Translations under genes and position numbers: made by a program
Notes under the pieces: model-generated
The model's input: only the letters and a program-made list of their open reading frames with translations
Database searches by the model: none
What the model was told of the DNA's origin: nothing
Assembly (NCBI GenBank): GCA_039026395.1
Contig: JBCCMK010000005.1
Coordinates: 2,428 to 66,427 of the forward strand
Direction of reading: 5' to 3'
DNA from: Pseudomonadota bacterium
GTDB taxonomy: Bacteria > Pseudomonadota > Alphaproteobacteria > Rhizobiales > JAKSCL01
Length of the DNA stretch: 64,000 nucleotides
In this document: positions 1-10,591 of the stretch, piece after piece
How the letters are laid out: each line of letters opens with the position of its first letter
Numbering within the stretch: the first letter of the stretch is position 1

Positions 1-478
1 CTTTCATCCGCGAAACCATAGCGTTTAGCGCGCGCACTACGGTCTTAGCGCGCACACCCGCACGATCTTCATCAGCAAAAAATTCGTGGAACGTATCCGT
101 GGCCGCACCAGCGAACGCGAGGCCGAAGTGAACGAGACCGACCGGCTTTTCGGCTGATCCACCACCGGGCCCGGCAACGCCTGTAACAGATATCACCATA
201 TGGGCATTCGAGCGGGCCAGCGCGCCGTCTGCCATCGCTTTTGCGACCTCTTCGCTGACCGCGCCGTGTTTTTCGATCAGGTCCATTGGGACACCGATCA
301 GCTCATTTTTCGCCTTATTGGAGTACGTGACGAACCCGCGGTCGAAGACGTCCGACGAACCCGCAATGTCAGTCAGTGCAGCAGCGATCATACCTCCGGT
401 GCAGGATTCTGCCGTTGCGATCTGGATGCCCCGCGCCCGCGCGGTTTCAAGGCAGGCGATCGCTAGTTTTTCGATCAT
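1..478 (-). CDS. cinA: CinA C-terminal domain / NMN deamidase (PncC) family, 3' end outside window
   Basis: Hand translation from ATG 478: [54 protein letters not shown] (AESCTGG motif). Missing from the ORF track because it has no stop in the window; lies directly after ispDF. Confidence 0.9.
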   Translation of the reverse strand, partial: MIEKLAIACLETARARGIQIATAESCTGGMIAAALTDIAGSSDVFDRGFVTYSNKAKNELIGVPMDLIEKHGAVSEEVAKAMADGALARSNAHMVISVTGVAGPGGGSAEKPVGLVHFGLAFAGAATDTFHEFFADEDRAGVRAKTVVRALNAMVSRMK

Positions 479-479
479 G

Positions 480-1658
480 TCACGCACGGGGGTATTCAAC
501 CGTCACTGTGGCCATCGCGGCGATCCCTTCGCGACGACCGGTGAAGCCCAACCGCTCGCTCGTCGTCGCCTTGACGCTCACAGAACGGAGGTTGAGGTCC
601 ATGATGTCCGCGATCTTCTCGCGGATCGTGTCGCGATGTGGACCGATCTTCGGCGCTTCGCAGATGATCGTCGCATCGACATGCTGGATCACGCCGCCAT
701 CTTCGGCAGAGAGAGCGCATGCGTGAACAAGGAATTGGTCGGAAACTGCATCTTTCCAGGCGGCATCGGATGGTGGGAAGTGCGAGCCGATGTCGCCGTT
801 TGCGAGCGTTCCGAGCAGCGCATCCGTGATCGCGTGAAGCAGAACATCCGCGTCGGAGTGCCCCGCAAGCCCTCGCGTATGGGGAATTTCAACACCGCCC
901 AAGAAGAGCGGTCGATCATCAGCAAAAGCGTGGACATCATAGCCCTGACCGACCCGCACAATGGGCGGAGGCGAGGGGGGTTGCGCGGCTTTGAGGTCTT
1001 CAGCTGTTGTCAATTTTAAGTTGCCTTTCTCGCCCACGACTTCGGCGACCGCTACGCCCTGCCATTCGGCGACGGCTGCATCATCGGTGAAGGCGAGGCC
1101 GGAGTGAACGGCTTTTTGGTGGGCATCCAGAATTGCCTCGAACTTAAACCCTTGTGGCGTTTGCGCGGCACGGAGCTTTGAGCGGTCGACCGTGCTCGAC
1201 AACGTGCCATCACCGTTTACTGCCTTCAGAGTATCGACCACGGGAAGGCACGGGATCGCAGCGCCCGTTGCCTGTGCGGCCGAGATAACCTGATCAATCA
1301 CACTTTGGCTGACAAAAGGCCGTGCGGCATCATGAATGAGGACCAACTCAGGTGGTTCGCCAGAGAGTGCCTCCAAACCCAAACGGACCGAATCGCTTCG
1401 CTCGTCGCCGCCGGTAACGGGGCTGGTGAGTTTTGGATGCTGAATGTCCAAAGCGCGGTAAAGCGCATCGTGATCGGGATGGATCACCACCGTCACGGAC
1501 CGAACATCCTCCCGGTCAACAAAGCAACGGATCGACCTCTCAAGCACCGTCGCGTCGCCAATCATCTGATACTGCTTCGGCATCTCGATGCCGCCGCTTG
1601 CTGCGCGCAGCCCCTTGCCCGCAGCAACAATCAAAACGCCTGTGGTGGGATGCGTCAT
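480..1658 (-). CDS. ispDF: Bifunctional MEP cytidylyltransferase / MEcPP synthase
   Basis: IspD motifs AAGKGLR, HDAARPF, AQTPQGF, FTDDA; IspF motifs [30 protein letters not shown]; start taken at MTHPTT (1658). Confidence 0.95.
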   Translation of the reverse strand: MTHPTTGVLIVAAGKGLRAASGGIEMPKQYQMIGDATVLERSIRCFVDREDVRSVTVVIHPDHDALYRALDIQHPKLTSPVTGGDERSDSVRLGLEALSGEPPELVLIHDAARPFVSQSVIDQVISAAQATGAAIPCLPVVDTLKAVNGDGTLSSTVDRSKLRAAQTPQGFKFEAILDAHQKAVHSGLAFTDDAAVAEWQGVAVAEVVGEKGNLKLTTAEDLKAAQPPSPPPIVRVGQGYDVHAFADDRPLFLGGVEIPHTRGLAGHSDADVLLHAITDALLGTLANGDIGSHFPPSDAAWKDAVSDQFLVHACALSAEDGGVIQHVDATIICEAPKIGPHRDTIREKIADIMDLNLRSVSVKATTSERLGFTGRREGIAAMATVTVEYPRA

Positions 1659-1703
1659 CTTGCGACTAATGCGTCTGATTGAGAAAACGTCGAATCTGGT
1701 ACC

Positions 1704-1731
1704 TTGCACAAAAAGGCGCCATGATTAAAAT
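1704..1731 (+). promoter_or_regulatory. Putative sigma70 promoter of dusB-ntrBC
   Basis: TTGCAC-N16-TAAAAT, 33 nt upstream of the dusB start. Confidence 0.4.
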
Positions 1732-1764
1732 GCCGCCATTCGTTGACGCAACGGTGCAGTAGAT

Positions 1765-2775
1765 TTGGTTCAACGTCTTCAATCACCACTGAAAATCGGG
1801 GCTGTCGAAATTGGCACGCGCGCTTTCCTGGCGCCGATGTCGGGCGTAACAGACGCGGCTTTCAGAAAGCAAGCCCATGATAGAAGCGCAGGGCTCGTTG
1901 TCTCCGAAATGGTGGCAAGCGAGGAGCTCGCTGAATCCGATTCCTATTCGCTGATGCGAACCGCAGATCACGGCGTTTCACCGCGTGTCATTCAGTTGGC
2001 CGGACGTGAGGCGCATTGGATGACTGAGGGCGCAAAGGTCGCGTGCGATCTTGGGGCGGACATCATCGACATCAATATGGGTTGTCCCGCACGCAGGGTC
2101 ACGAACGGCCTTTCAGGCTCAGCGCTCATGCGTGATCTTGATCATGCCGAGCGTTTGATTGAGGCGACGCTCGTTGGAGCTTCCGTCCCAGTGACGCTCA
2201 AGATGCGGCTCGGTTGGGATGAAGCGTCAGTAAATGCGCCTGAACTTGCCGCCCGCGCTGAAGCGGCTAGCATCACAATGGTGACTGTACATGGCCGCAC
2301 GCGCTGCCAGTTTTACAAAGGCGAGGCCGACTGGTTGGCTGTCCGGGCTGTAAGGGAGCGTGTGAAAATCCCAGTCGTGGTGAATGGTGACATTCTAACA
2401 GCTTCGGATGCAGTAGACGCTCTAGACGCCTCAGGTGCTGACGCGGTGATGATCGGGCGAGGCGCTTATGGTCGGCCGTGGTTCGTTGGGCATGTGGGCC
2501 GCATTCTTTGCGGCGAACAGGCGGTGGAACCTGGTTTTCAGGAGCAAATCGAAGACTTGGCCACACTCTATGACGCCATTCTTACGCTTCACGGCGTAGA
2601 CGTCGGCAAACGCTTTGCGCGAAAGCACCTGGCCTGGACGTTGGACAGACTGGTGGTGTCGCACGGCTTTTCGAAAGAGCGGCGGAAAGCGCTGGTTACT
2701 GAAGACGACCCAGGCTCAGTGTTGGACGGGCTGAGATCAATCATTGATGCGCCAGAACTCGAGGTCGCAGCGTAA
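1765..2775 (+). CDS. dusB: tRNA-dihydrouridine synthase (NifR3/DusB)
   Basis: [16 protein letters not shown] (catalytic Cys), VHGRTR, NGDI, VMIGRG; usual position upstream of ntrBC. Confidence 0.93.
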   Translation: MVQRLQSPLKIGAVEIGTRAFLAPMSGVTDAAFRKQAHDRSAGLVVSEMVASEELAESDSYSLMRTADHGVSPRVIQLAGREAHWMTEGAKVACDLGADIIDINMGCPARRVTNGLSGSALMRDLDHAERLIEATLVGASVPVTLKMRLGWDEASVNAPELAARAEAASITMVTVHGRTRCQFYKGEADWLAVRAVRERVKIPVVVNGDILTASDAVDALDASGADAVMIGRGAYGRPWFVGHVGRILCGEQAVEPGFQEQIEDLATLYDAILTLHGVDVGKRFARKHLAWTLDRLVVSHGFSKERRKALVTEDDPGSVLDGLRSIIDAPELEVAA

Positions 2776-3920
2776 TGGCGGCGGTGAAAGATCGTGAGGC
2801 CGAAACGGCTGTTGACGAAACGTCGGTCGGCATGGGCGATCTGCTCAATGCGCTCCCAAACCCAGTGCTGATGCTCAGCGATGATGACCGCATCCTGTTT
2901 TGCAACATCATGGCCGAGGATTTCTTCCGTTCAGGCCGCCAGATGCTGATCAAGCAGCGGCTCCAGGACCTCGTTCCTTTTGGCAGTCCGCTTCTTTCGC
3001 TCGTCGCACAGGCGAGGGAGCGCCAGTCACCGGTCAACGAATACCGTGTTGATATCGGTACGCCTCAAGTGGGGATGGATCGCATCGTGGATGCGCACGC
3101 GGCCCCGATACACCCCGATGGGCGCGTGATTTCGCTCATGCTGCAAGAACGAACCATGGCGGACAAAATTGCCCGCCAGCTTAATCATCGCGGAGCCGCA
3201 AGAAGCGTGACGGGGCTCGCGGCTATGCTCGCTCACGAAATCAAGAACCCGCTCTCCGGTATCAGAGGAGCCGCGCAGCTCTTGGAGCCGTCGGTCAGCC
3301 CTGATGATCGCAGTCTTACCCAACTCATTCGCGATGAGGCGGACCGTATTGTTCGGCTCGTCGACCGGATGGAGGTGTTTTCCGACGAAAGGCCCATCGC
3401 ATTTGAACCGGTGAACATGCACACGGTTTTGGAGCACGTGAAACGAGTGGCTCAGTCCGGCTTTGCCTCGAGCATTCGGTTTCAGGAAGCCTATGACCCG
3501 TCTCTACCGCCAGTTTGGGGCAACCGGGATCAGCTCATCCAGGCCGTGTTGAACCTGGTTAAAAACTCGACTGAAGCGCTCGCCGACACGAATTACGAAC
3601 CCGAGATCACGCTCCAGAGTGCGTTTCGACCGGGCGTCTACTTGACCGTGCCCGGTGCCAAGGAACGCGTGAGCCTGCCTCTCGAATTCAGTGTGATCGA
3701 CAATGGCCCAGGCTTTCCACCGGAACTTGAGCCGCATCTCTTCGATCCGTTTGTAACGAGCAAAACGAGTGGATCGGGCCTTGGTTTGGCGCTCGTCTCT
3801 AAAATTGTCGGCGCGCATGGCGGTGTCATTGAATGTGAGACCCAACCCCGCAGAACTGTTTTCAAAATACTTCTTCCGATGGACCGCTCGGCGACGGACC
3901 GCGCGATGGAAACGGACTAG
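2775..3920 (+). CDS. ntrB: Nitrogen regulation sensor histidine kinase NtrB
   Basis: N-terminal PAS-like region, H-box [26 protein letters not shown]; start overlaps dusB stop (TAATG). Confidence 0.95.
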   Translation: MAAVKDREAETAVDETSVGMGDLLNALPNPVLMLSDDDRILFCNIMAEDFFRSGRQMLIKQRLQDLVPFGSPLLSLVAQARERQSPVNEYRVDIGTPQVGMDRIVDAHAAPIHPDGRVISLMLQERTMADKIARQLNHRGAARSVTGLAAMLAHEIKNPLSGIRGAAQLLEPSVSPDDRSLTQLIRDEADRIVRLVDRMEVFSDERPIAFEPVNMHTVLEHVKRVAQSGFASSIRFQEAYDPSLPPVWGNRDQLIQAVLNLVKNSTEALADTNYEPEITLQSAFRPGVYLTVPGAKERVSLPLEFSVIDNGPGFPPELEPHLFDPFVTSKTSGSGLGLALVSKIVGAHGGVIECETQPRRTVFKILLPMDRSATDRAMETD

Positions 3921-3932
3921 GACAGAGTAAGC

Positions 3933-5375
3933 ATGCCACGTGGAACAATCCTCATTGCGGACGATGATTCCGCGATCCGGACAGTCTTGAACCAAGCTCT
4001 ATCGAGGGCAGGATATTCAGTTAAAACAACGGGATATGCCGCGACGCTCTGGCATTGGGTGAGCAATGGCGAGGGGGATCTCGTCGTCACGGATGTCGTC
4101 ATGCCGGACGAGAACGGCTTTGATCTCCTGCCGCGCATCACGAAAGTTCGGCCGGATTTGCCCGTCGTCGTAATGAGCGCGCAGAACACATTCATGACGG
4201 CAATCAAAGCGTCCGAGCGGGGTGCTTATGATTATCTTCCCAAGCCATTTGACCTCACTGAACTGACCGGAATTGTCGCGCGGGCACTTGCCGAGCCCCG
4301 CAGACATACAGAAAGCGCCCCCGCTCTCGACAACGAAATTCCGCTGGTTGGTCGATCACAGGCGATGCAGGAGATTTATCGCGTCCTGGCCCGACTGATG
4401 CAGACCGATCTTACCGTCATGATCTCAGGCGAGTCGGGGACGGGTAAGGAGTTGGTTGCCCGTGCTCTCCACGATTATGGCAAACGGAGAAACGGTCCGT
4501 TCGTGGCAATTAACATGGCTGCCATCCCCCGTGATCTGATCGAAGCTGATCTTTTTGGCCACGAAAAAGGGGCCTTCACGGGTGCGCAGAACCGTTCAAG
4601 TGGCCGGTTTGAGCAAGCCCAAGGCGGCACGCTTTTTCTGGACGAGATTGGCGATATGCCAATGGACGCGCAAACTCGGCTTCTGCGGGTCTTGCAGGAA
4701 GGCGAGTACACGACGATTGGCGGGCGCACAGCGATTAAGACGGACGTGCGGATCATCGCTGCCACGAACCGCGATCTGCGTCAGCAAATAGGGCAGGGGC
4801 TTTTTCGCGAGGACCTCTATTTTCGGCTGAATGTCGTACCGATCCGTCTCCCTCCCCTTCGTGAACGGGTCGATGATATCTCTGATCTCATCAATCATTT
4901 CTTTGCGCTTGCTGAGGCTGAGGGTCTGCAGCGGAAACGCTTCGACAATGATGCGCTTGACCGACTGAAAAAGTACCGGTGGCCGGGCAATATCCGCGAA
5001 CTTGAAAACCTAGTGCGGCGCGTCGCAGCCCTCCACCCGCACGATGTGGTCACCGGGCACGCTGTCGCTCAAGAGCTTGAGCAGAAGCCGATGTCGGCCG
5101 AGGATGCGCCGGCAGAAGTCCGCGAGACACTCATGATGTCGGTAGAACGGCACATGAATCGCTATTTTGCAGAATTTGGCGACAAGTTACCCCCGCCGGG
5201 TCTCTATCACCGCGTACTCCGCGAGGTTGAGTATCCTCTCATTGCAGCAGCGCTTGCGGCTACGCGGGGAAACCAGATCAAAGCTGCCGAGGTTTTGGGC
5301 GTCAATCGTAACACCTTGCGCAAGAAAATTCGTGATCTGGAAATCCCAGTTTTACGTGGCGGAACAACACCTTAA
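3933..5375 (+). CDS. ntrC: Nitrogen regulation response regulator NtrC (sigma54 activator)
   Basis: Receiver domain (DDD...D), Walker [29 protein letters not shown], Fis-type HTH. Confidence 0.96.
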   Translation: MPRGTILIADDDSAIRTVLNQALSRAGYSVKTTGYAATLWHWVSNGEGDLVVTDVVMPDENGFDLLPRITKVRPDLPVVVMSAQNTFMTAIKASERGAYDYLPKPFDLTELTGIVARALAEPRRHTESAPALDNEIPLVGRSQAMQEIYRVLARLMQTDLTVMISGESGTGKELVARALHDYGKRRNGPFVAINMAAIPRDLIEADLFGHEKGAFTGAQNRSSGRFEQAQGGTLFLDEIGDMPMDAQTRLLRVLQEGEYTTIGGRTAIKTDVRIIAATNRDLRQQIGQGLFREDLYFRLNVVPIRLPPLRERVDDISDLINHFFALAEAEGLQRKRFDNDALDRLKKYRWPGNIRELENLVRRVAALHPHDVVTGHAVAQELEQKPMSAEDAPAEVRETLMMSVERHMNRYFAEFGDKLPPPGLYHRVLREVEYPLIAAALAATRGNQIKAAEVLGVNRNTLRKKIRDLEIPVLRGGTTP

Positions 5376-5421
5376 CCTGCCATTCCAGAAGCGACGTTAA
5401 TCCCGCCGCTGAAACGCTGTT

Positions 5422-5460
5422 GTCGAATAGCAACCCTGTTGCTAATGGGTTACATTCGAC
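5422..5460. promoter_or_regulatory. Nested inverted repeats upstream of ntrY, candidate NtrX operator
   Basis: TAGCAAC-cct-GTTGCTA (5428-5444) inside GTCGAAT...ATTCGAC (5422-5460). Confidence 0.45.
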
Positions 5461-5489
5461 GGGTAGTGTTTCCGCAGTAGGGATGTTGA

Positions 5490-7808
5490 ATGAGCGCCGT
5501 TGACGCGGAAACAGAGGTGTTGACTGAGAAGGCACCCGACCCAGACGGTGTCGAGGATAACTCCGCTAGCATAGACCTCCCTTTGAAGGGTACGCGCTCC
5601 AGGCGGCTGCTGACGTGGGTTGGTCGTGTTGCGGTCGGATTAGCGCTGCTTTCCGGTGTCGCTACATTCTCGATCCTGACGGGCATGACGCCGATCGTGC
5701 CCAGTCACAATGTCGTTGTTACCACAACAGCGATCAATCTCGGGTTTGTCGTTATTCTCGCGATCGTTGTCGTTTGCGAGGGATGGATCATCTTTGCGGC
5801 ACGGAGACGCCGAAAGGCCGCTGCACGCCTGCACATCCAGATTGTCGGTCTCTTCTGCGTCATTGCCGCCGTACCGGCTATTTTGCTCGCAATAATCGCG
5901 AGCATCACACTCGATCGCGGGCTCGACCGCTGGTTCGACAACCGGATGCGTTCGATTGTGACAAACGCGGTGACGATCGCGCGCGCTTATGTTCGCGATC
6001 AGAGCCTCGGTATTCGGGCCGACATTCTTGATATGTCTGCTGATCTCAACGTCGCGTCAGAATTGTCAGCAACTGACCGCGAACAGTTTCAGGCGATTTT
6101 TGACAATCAAGCGATCCTTCGCGCGGTTCCGGGCGCCTATCTGATTAGATCAGACAATTCCGTCGTCTTCACTGCGCAAACCCCCAGACGGTTTGAGCTG
6201 CGACCGTTCCCAGAAGATGCGTTTTCCTCGTCAGATGAGGAGCCAGTGGTTCTCTTTGGACGAGAAGCCAATATCGTTTCGGCACTGACCAAGCTCGAGG
6301 CGTTCGATAACCTATACCTGGCCCTCATCAAGCCGATTGACCCCCGGGTCCTTGGATATCTTCAACGCACTGAGGCGGCGGTTGTCGAATATCAAAACCT
6401 GGAAGCCCGACGATATGGCGTTCAGGTCGCGTTTGGGCTGATGTATCTGGGTCTTGGGCTCATCCTCCTTCTCTCAGCGATATGGATTGGGATCGGCTTC
6501 GCAAACCGCCTCGTCTCACCAATCCGTCGCTTGATGACTGCGGCGGAAGAGGTGGCGGAAGGCAATCTCGAGGTGAATGTCCCGATCCGCCGATCGGAAG
6601 GCGATCTCTCGTCCTTATCGAAGACCTTCAACACGATGACGCGGCAGCTGGGGACGCAACGGGAAGCACTCCTCACGGCAAACAAAATGCTCGACCGGCG
6701 GCGTCGGTTCACGGAGGCTGTTCTTTCCGGGGTTACGGCGGGCGTCATCGGGATCACAAGGGACGGCACAGTCACGTTGATCAACCGGTCTGCGCTGGCA
6801 ATGCTCGGGCAAAGCCAGCCGAAAATGATTGGTAAAAAACTGATCGACGGCGTCCCCGAGCTCGAGGATCTGATCAGCAAAGCGCAGTCGTCACGGGCGC
6901 GGTTCACGCAAGGCGAACTCGTACTGAAAACGTCCGGTCGCGAGCGCACGGTGTCGATCCGCATAGCGGCAGAGCAGACCGGATCCGCTGACCAGGGTTT
7001 CGTGGTCACGCTCGACGACATTACCGAACTTGTGAATGCCCAGCGCGGCGCGGCCTGGGCGGATATAGCTCGCAGGATCGCGCATGAGATTAAGAACCCA
7101 CTGACGCCGATCCAGCTTTCAGCGGAGCGCCTTCGCCGCAAATATGGCCGTCACATCGAGACCGACCGCGACGTGTTTGATCAGTGTGTCGATACGATCG
7201 TGCGGCAAGTCGGCGATATCGGCCAGATGGTTGATGAGTTTTCCTCATTCGCTCGCATGCCCAAGCCGACAATGGAGCGGACCGCACTCTCCACGATTGT
7301 CGAAGAGGTTGTTTTTCTCATGCGCACGGGTCACCCGGATGTGCGGATCGACTACAGTCCACCGGCGGAACCCGTGTCTATTCAGGCTGACCGCCGTCTT
7401 TTGACCCAGGCTTTAACAAACATCATCAAAAACGCCGTCGAGGCGATCGAAACGCGGCAAATGAACGCCGCGGAACCTGGAGGCCACATTGTCATTGATG
7501 TGGTGCCTCGAGGCGATGCGCTCGCGGTTTTACAAGTTACTGATAACGGCGTCGGTCTGCCGACAAAGGACCGCGACAAGCTTCTCGAGCCCTACATTAC
7601 CCGCCGCGAGAAAGGCACGGGCCTAGGGCTGGCGATTGTCCGGAAAATTTTAGAAGACCATGGCGGCGCGATCGAACTGTCGGACGCGCCAAAAACAAAA
7701 GAACGCGATACGGGGGCACGTATCAGCCTCGTTCTGCCAACCGAGCTTGCCTCGGAAAACGAAGGCAGTGATGAGGGCATTAGGGAAGGCATACGCAATG
7801 CCAGCTGA
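5490..7808 (+). CDS. ntrY: Membrane sensor histidine kinase NtrY
   Basis: N-terminal TM helices, HAMP, PAS, H-box [30 protein letters not shown]. Confidence 0.94.
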   Translation: MSAVDAETEVLTEKAPDPDGVEDNSASIDLPLKGTRSRRLLTWVGRVAVGLALLSGVATFSILTGMTPIVPSHNVVVTTTAINLGFVVILAIVVVCEGWIIFAARRRRKAAARLHIQIVGLFCVIAAVPAILLAIIASITLDRGLDRWFDNRMRSIVTNAVTIARAYVRDQSLGIRADILDMSADLNVASELSATDREQFQAIFDNQAILRAVPGAYLIRSDNSVVFTAQTPRRFELRPFPEDAFSSSDEEPVVLFGREANIVSALTKLEAFDNLYLALIKPIDPRVLGYLQRTEAAVVEYQNLEARRYGVQVAFGLMYLGLGLILLLSAIWIGIGFANRLVSPIRRLMTAAEEVAEGNLEVNVPIRRSEGDLSSLSKTFNTMTRQLGTQREALLTANKMLDRRRRFTEAVLSGVTAGVIGITRDGTVTLINRSALAMLGQSQPKMIGKKLIDGVPELEDLISKAQSSRARFTQGELVLKTSGRERTVSIRIAAEQTGSADQGFVVTLDDITELVNAQRGAAWADIARRIAHEIKNPLTPIQLSAERLRRKYGRHIETDRDVFDQCVDTIVRQVGDIGQMVDEFSSFARMPKPTMERTALSTIVEEVVFLMRTGHPDVRIDYSPPAEPVSIQADRRLLTQALTNIIKNAVEAIETRQMNAAEPGGHIVIDVVPRGDALAVLQVTDNGVGLPTKDRDKLLEPYITRREKGTGLGLAIVRKILEDHGGAIELSDAPKTKERDTGARISLVLPTELASENEGSDEGIREGIRNAS

Positions 7809-9165
7809 CATACTGGTCGTTGATGACGAGCGCGATATCCGAGAGCTCGTTGCAGGGATATTGGAGGACGAAGGGCACATTGTTCGGATTGCTGGAAACA
7901 GCGATCAGGCAATGGCGGCGGTCAATGAACGACGCCCGTCTCTGGTCTTTTTGGACATCTGGCTGCAGGGCAGTGCCCATGACGGGCTTGAAGTTCTGGA
8001 TATGATAATGGCCGACCATCCCGATACGCCCGTCGTGATGATTAGCGGACACGGCACGATTGAAACCGCGGTATCTGCGATCAAGCGTGGAGCATATGAC
8101 TATATCGAGAAGCCGTTTAAAGCGGATCGGCTCGTCGTTGTTGCGACGCGCGCTCTCGAGATGGACCGGCTGAAACGCGAAAATGCGGAGCTGAAACAGC
8201 TCGGTGGCGCTTCGACCGAACTTGTCGGTAATTCAAGCGTTATGAACCATCTCAAAAGCTCGATCGATCGGGTCGCGAAGACTAATTCGCGCGTCATGGT
8301 GATTGGTGGTTCAGGCTCCGGAAAAGAGCTGGTTGCCCGAGCGATCCATACGCAGTCATTGAGAGACACCGCGCCATTTGTGATCCTCAATGCGGCAGCG
8401 ATTACGCCGGACCGCATGGAAGCAGAACTCTTTGGTGTTGAAGCCAACGGCGCCCACGGACGCACGGTTGGCGCGTTGGAGCGAGCGCATGGCGGCACGC
8501 TTTATCTCGATGAAATCAGCGACATGCCGCTTGAGACGCAAGGTAAGATCTTACGCGTTTTGGTAGACCAGTCGTTCGCGCGCGTTGGCGGTTCGCAGCG
8601 CATCAAGGTTGATGTCCGCGTCATGTCGTCATCAAGCCGCGATCTTGAAGAAGCGATCGCAGCTGGCACGATGCGCCACGATCTGTTCCACCGCCTGGCT
8701 GTTGTGCCCATACGCGTGCCGTCACTTTCAGAACGGCGGGACGATATCCCGACCTTGATCAACTTTTTCATGGATCAGATTGCGTCACAGACCGGTCTCG
8801 TGCGTCGCAAGATCGGCGACGATGCAATGGCCGTGCTTCAGTCTCACGATTGGCCGGGAAATGTCAGGCAGCTTAGAAACAACGTTGAGCGTCTGATGAT
8901 CCTCGCGCGCGGCGATGAGAAAGACGTCGTAACCGCAGATATGTTGCCCGCCGAAGTTGGTGAATCCCTTCCGCCGCTGCCGGTGGGAGCCGGCGCGGAT
9001 CAGATCATGGGCCTACCGCTTCGTGACGCGCGTGAAGTCTTTGAGCGGGAATATCTCACGGCTCAAATCAAGCGGTTTGGGGGTAATATCTCAAGAACGG
9101 CGGAATATATCGGCATGGAGCGGTCTGCGCTTCACCGCAAGCTCAAGACCCTGGGCATCAATTGA
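7798..9165 (+). CDS. ntrX: Response regulator NtrX
   Basis: Start MPADILVVDDE (7798); receiver + AAA+ (GSGSGKE, YLDEI, WPGNVRQL; no GAFTGA) + HTH MERSALHRKLK. Confidence 0.94.
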   Translation: MPADILVVDDERDIRELVAGILEDEGHIVRIAGNSDQAMAAVNERRPSLVFLDIWLQGSAHDGLEVLDMIMADHPDTPVVMISGHGTIETAVSAIKRGAYDYIEKPFKADRLVVVATRALEMDRLKRENAELKQLGGASTELVGNSSVMNHLKSSIDRVAKTNSRVMVIGGSGSGKELVARAIHTQSLRDTAPFVILNAAAITPDRMEAELFGVEANGAHGRTVGALERAHGGTLYLDEISDMPLETQGKILRVLVDQSFARVGGSQRIKVDVRVMSSSSRDLEEAIAAGTMRHDLFHRLAVVPIRVPSLSERRDDIPTLINFFMDQIASQTGLVRRKIGDDAMAVLQSHDWPGNVRQLRNNVERLMILARGDEKDVVTADMLPAEVGESLPPLPVGAGADQIMGLPLRDAREVFEREYLTAQIKRFGGNISRTAEYIGMERSALHRKLKTLGIN

Positions 9166-9202
9166 TCGCCATCCGGGCCACTGATCGAAAACGAGTTTAG
9201 CA

Positions 9203-10579
9203 GTGCGCGTTATCATCTGTGGGGCAGGGCAGGTTGGTTTCGGTATCGCCGAACGCCTCGCATCCGAACAAGTTGACGTCTCCGTCATCGATACGGAGCC
9301 CTATCTGATCGAAGCGATCGCAGACACGCTCGACGTGCGCTCTTTTGTTGGTCACGGTTCGCACCCTAATGTATTGGCGAGCGCCGGCGCCGCTGACGCC
9401 GACATGATCATAGCCGTTACGCTTTATGATGAAGTCAATATGGTCGCCTGCCAGGTGGCTCATTCGATATTCAACATCCCCACCAAGGTCGCCCGCATCC
9501 GCGCGCAAACCTATCTGACGCCCGCCTGGTCGGACCTCTTTTCGCGGGACAATATGCCGATCGACGTGATCATCTCGCCCGAGGTGGAGGTCGGTAACAT
9601 GGTATTGCGCCGCCTAGCATTGCCTGGTGCCTTCGACACCGTGACCTTCGCCGATGGCGATGTCGTCCTTCTCGGGATCACCTGCCAAGAAGATTGCCCA
9701 GTGATCGACACGCCGCTCGGGCAGTTGACCGAGCTCTTCCCGGATTTCGCGGCCGTCGTCGTCGGTATAAGCCGCGCTGGGCACATATTCGTGCCGCGCT
9801 CCCATGACGCGATGCTCGTAGACGATGAAGTCTATCTCGTTGTCACACGCGGCCAGGTTGGAAGAGCATTCAAACTCTTCGGTCACGGCGAGAAGCAGGC
9901 GTCTCGGGTGATCATCGCAGGCGGTGGGAACATTGGCACCTATGTCGCGCGCGAGCTGGAGAACCGTGCCTCTCGCGCCAAGGTCAAAATTATCGAGGCG
10001 AGCCGCGAGCGAGCGATCTCCATTGCCGATGAGCTTGATAGAACGATCGTTCTCCACGGAAGCGCGATCGATGAGGATCTCCTCCGCGAGGCTGACATTG
10101 AGGAGACCGATACGATCGTATCGCTGACCAATGACGACAAGATTAATCTACTGGCTTCCGTTATGGCAAAGCGGCTTGGGGTGAAAGGTAGCCTCTCGCT
10201 TATCAATGATCCGCGTTACACTTCGCTTGCGCGCTCGCTCGGCATCGACACCTATGTCAGCCCGCGATCAATTACGATTTCAAAGATCCTTCAATATATT
10301 CGCCGCGGGCGAATTCGGGCTGTTCACGCGGTCGAAGGGGGTGCTGCGGAAATCATTGAGGCGGAAGCGCTCCCTACGTCTCCGCTCGTTGGAAAGGGAT
10401 TGCGCGACCTTGACTTACCGGACGGCATTCGGATCGGGGCGGTCTACCGCGACGGCGAGGTTACTATACCGCGGGGAGACACGCGGATTGCCGCCAACGA
10501 CCGCGTGATCATGTTTGCCGTCCGCGACAAGGTCCGCACAGTCGAGCAAATGTTCCGCGTCAGCCTGGAATTTTTCTGA
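9203..10579 (+). CDS. trkA: Trk potassium uptake regulatory subunit TrkA
   Basis: Two RCK domains with GAGQVG and GGGNIG; 458 aa. Confidence 0.95.
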   Translation: MRVIICGAGQVGFGIAERLASEQVDVSVIDTEPYLIEAIADTLDVRSFVGHGSHPNVLASAGAADADMIIAVTLYDEVNMVACQVAHSIFNIPTKVARIRAQTYLTPAWSDLFSRDNMPIDVIISPEVEVGNMVLRRLALPGAFDTVTFADGDVVLLGITCQEDCPVIDTPLGQLTELFPDFAAVVVGISRAGHIFVPRSHDAMLVDDEVYLVVTRGQVGRAFKLFGHGEKQASRVIIAGGGNIGTYVARELENRASRAKVKIIEASRERAISIADELDRTIVLHGSAIDEDLLREADIEETDTIVSLTNDDKINLLASVMAKRLGVKGSLSLINDPRYTSLARSLGIDTYVSPRSITISKILQYIRRGRIRAVHAVEGGAAEIIEAEALPTSPLVGKGLRDLDLPDGIRIGAVYRDGEVTIPRGDTRIAANDRVIMFAVRDKVRTVEQMFRVSLEFF

Positions 10580-10591
10580 GGCCGGCATGGC

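Noticed and set aside
318..1019. 233-aa ORF on + strand
   Set aside because: Antisense shadow of ispDF/cinA with no recognisable motifs; such shadows are common in GC-rich coding DNA
1700..1760. NtrC binding site in the ispDF-dusB spacer
   Set aside because: Only half-sites (TGCAC, GGTGCA); no correctly spaced TGCAC-N7-GTGCA
6422..7141. 239-aa ORF on - strand
   Set aside because: Fully antisense to ntrY, Ser/Arg-rich, no family motifs
7798..9165. Missing GAFTGA loop in NtrX as a possible defect
   Set aside because: Normal for alphaproteobacterial NtrX
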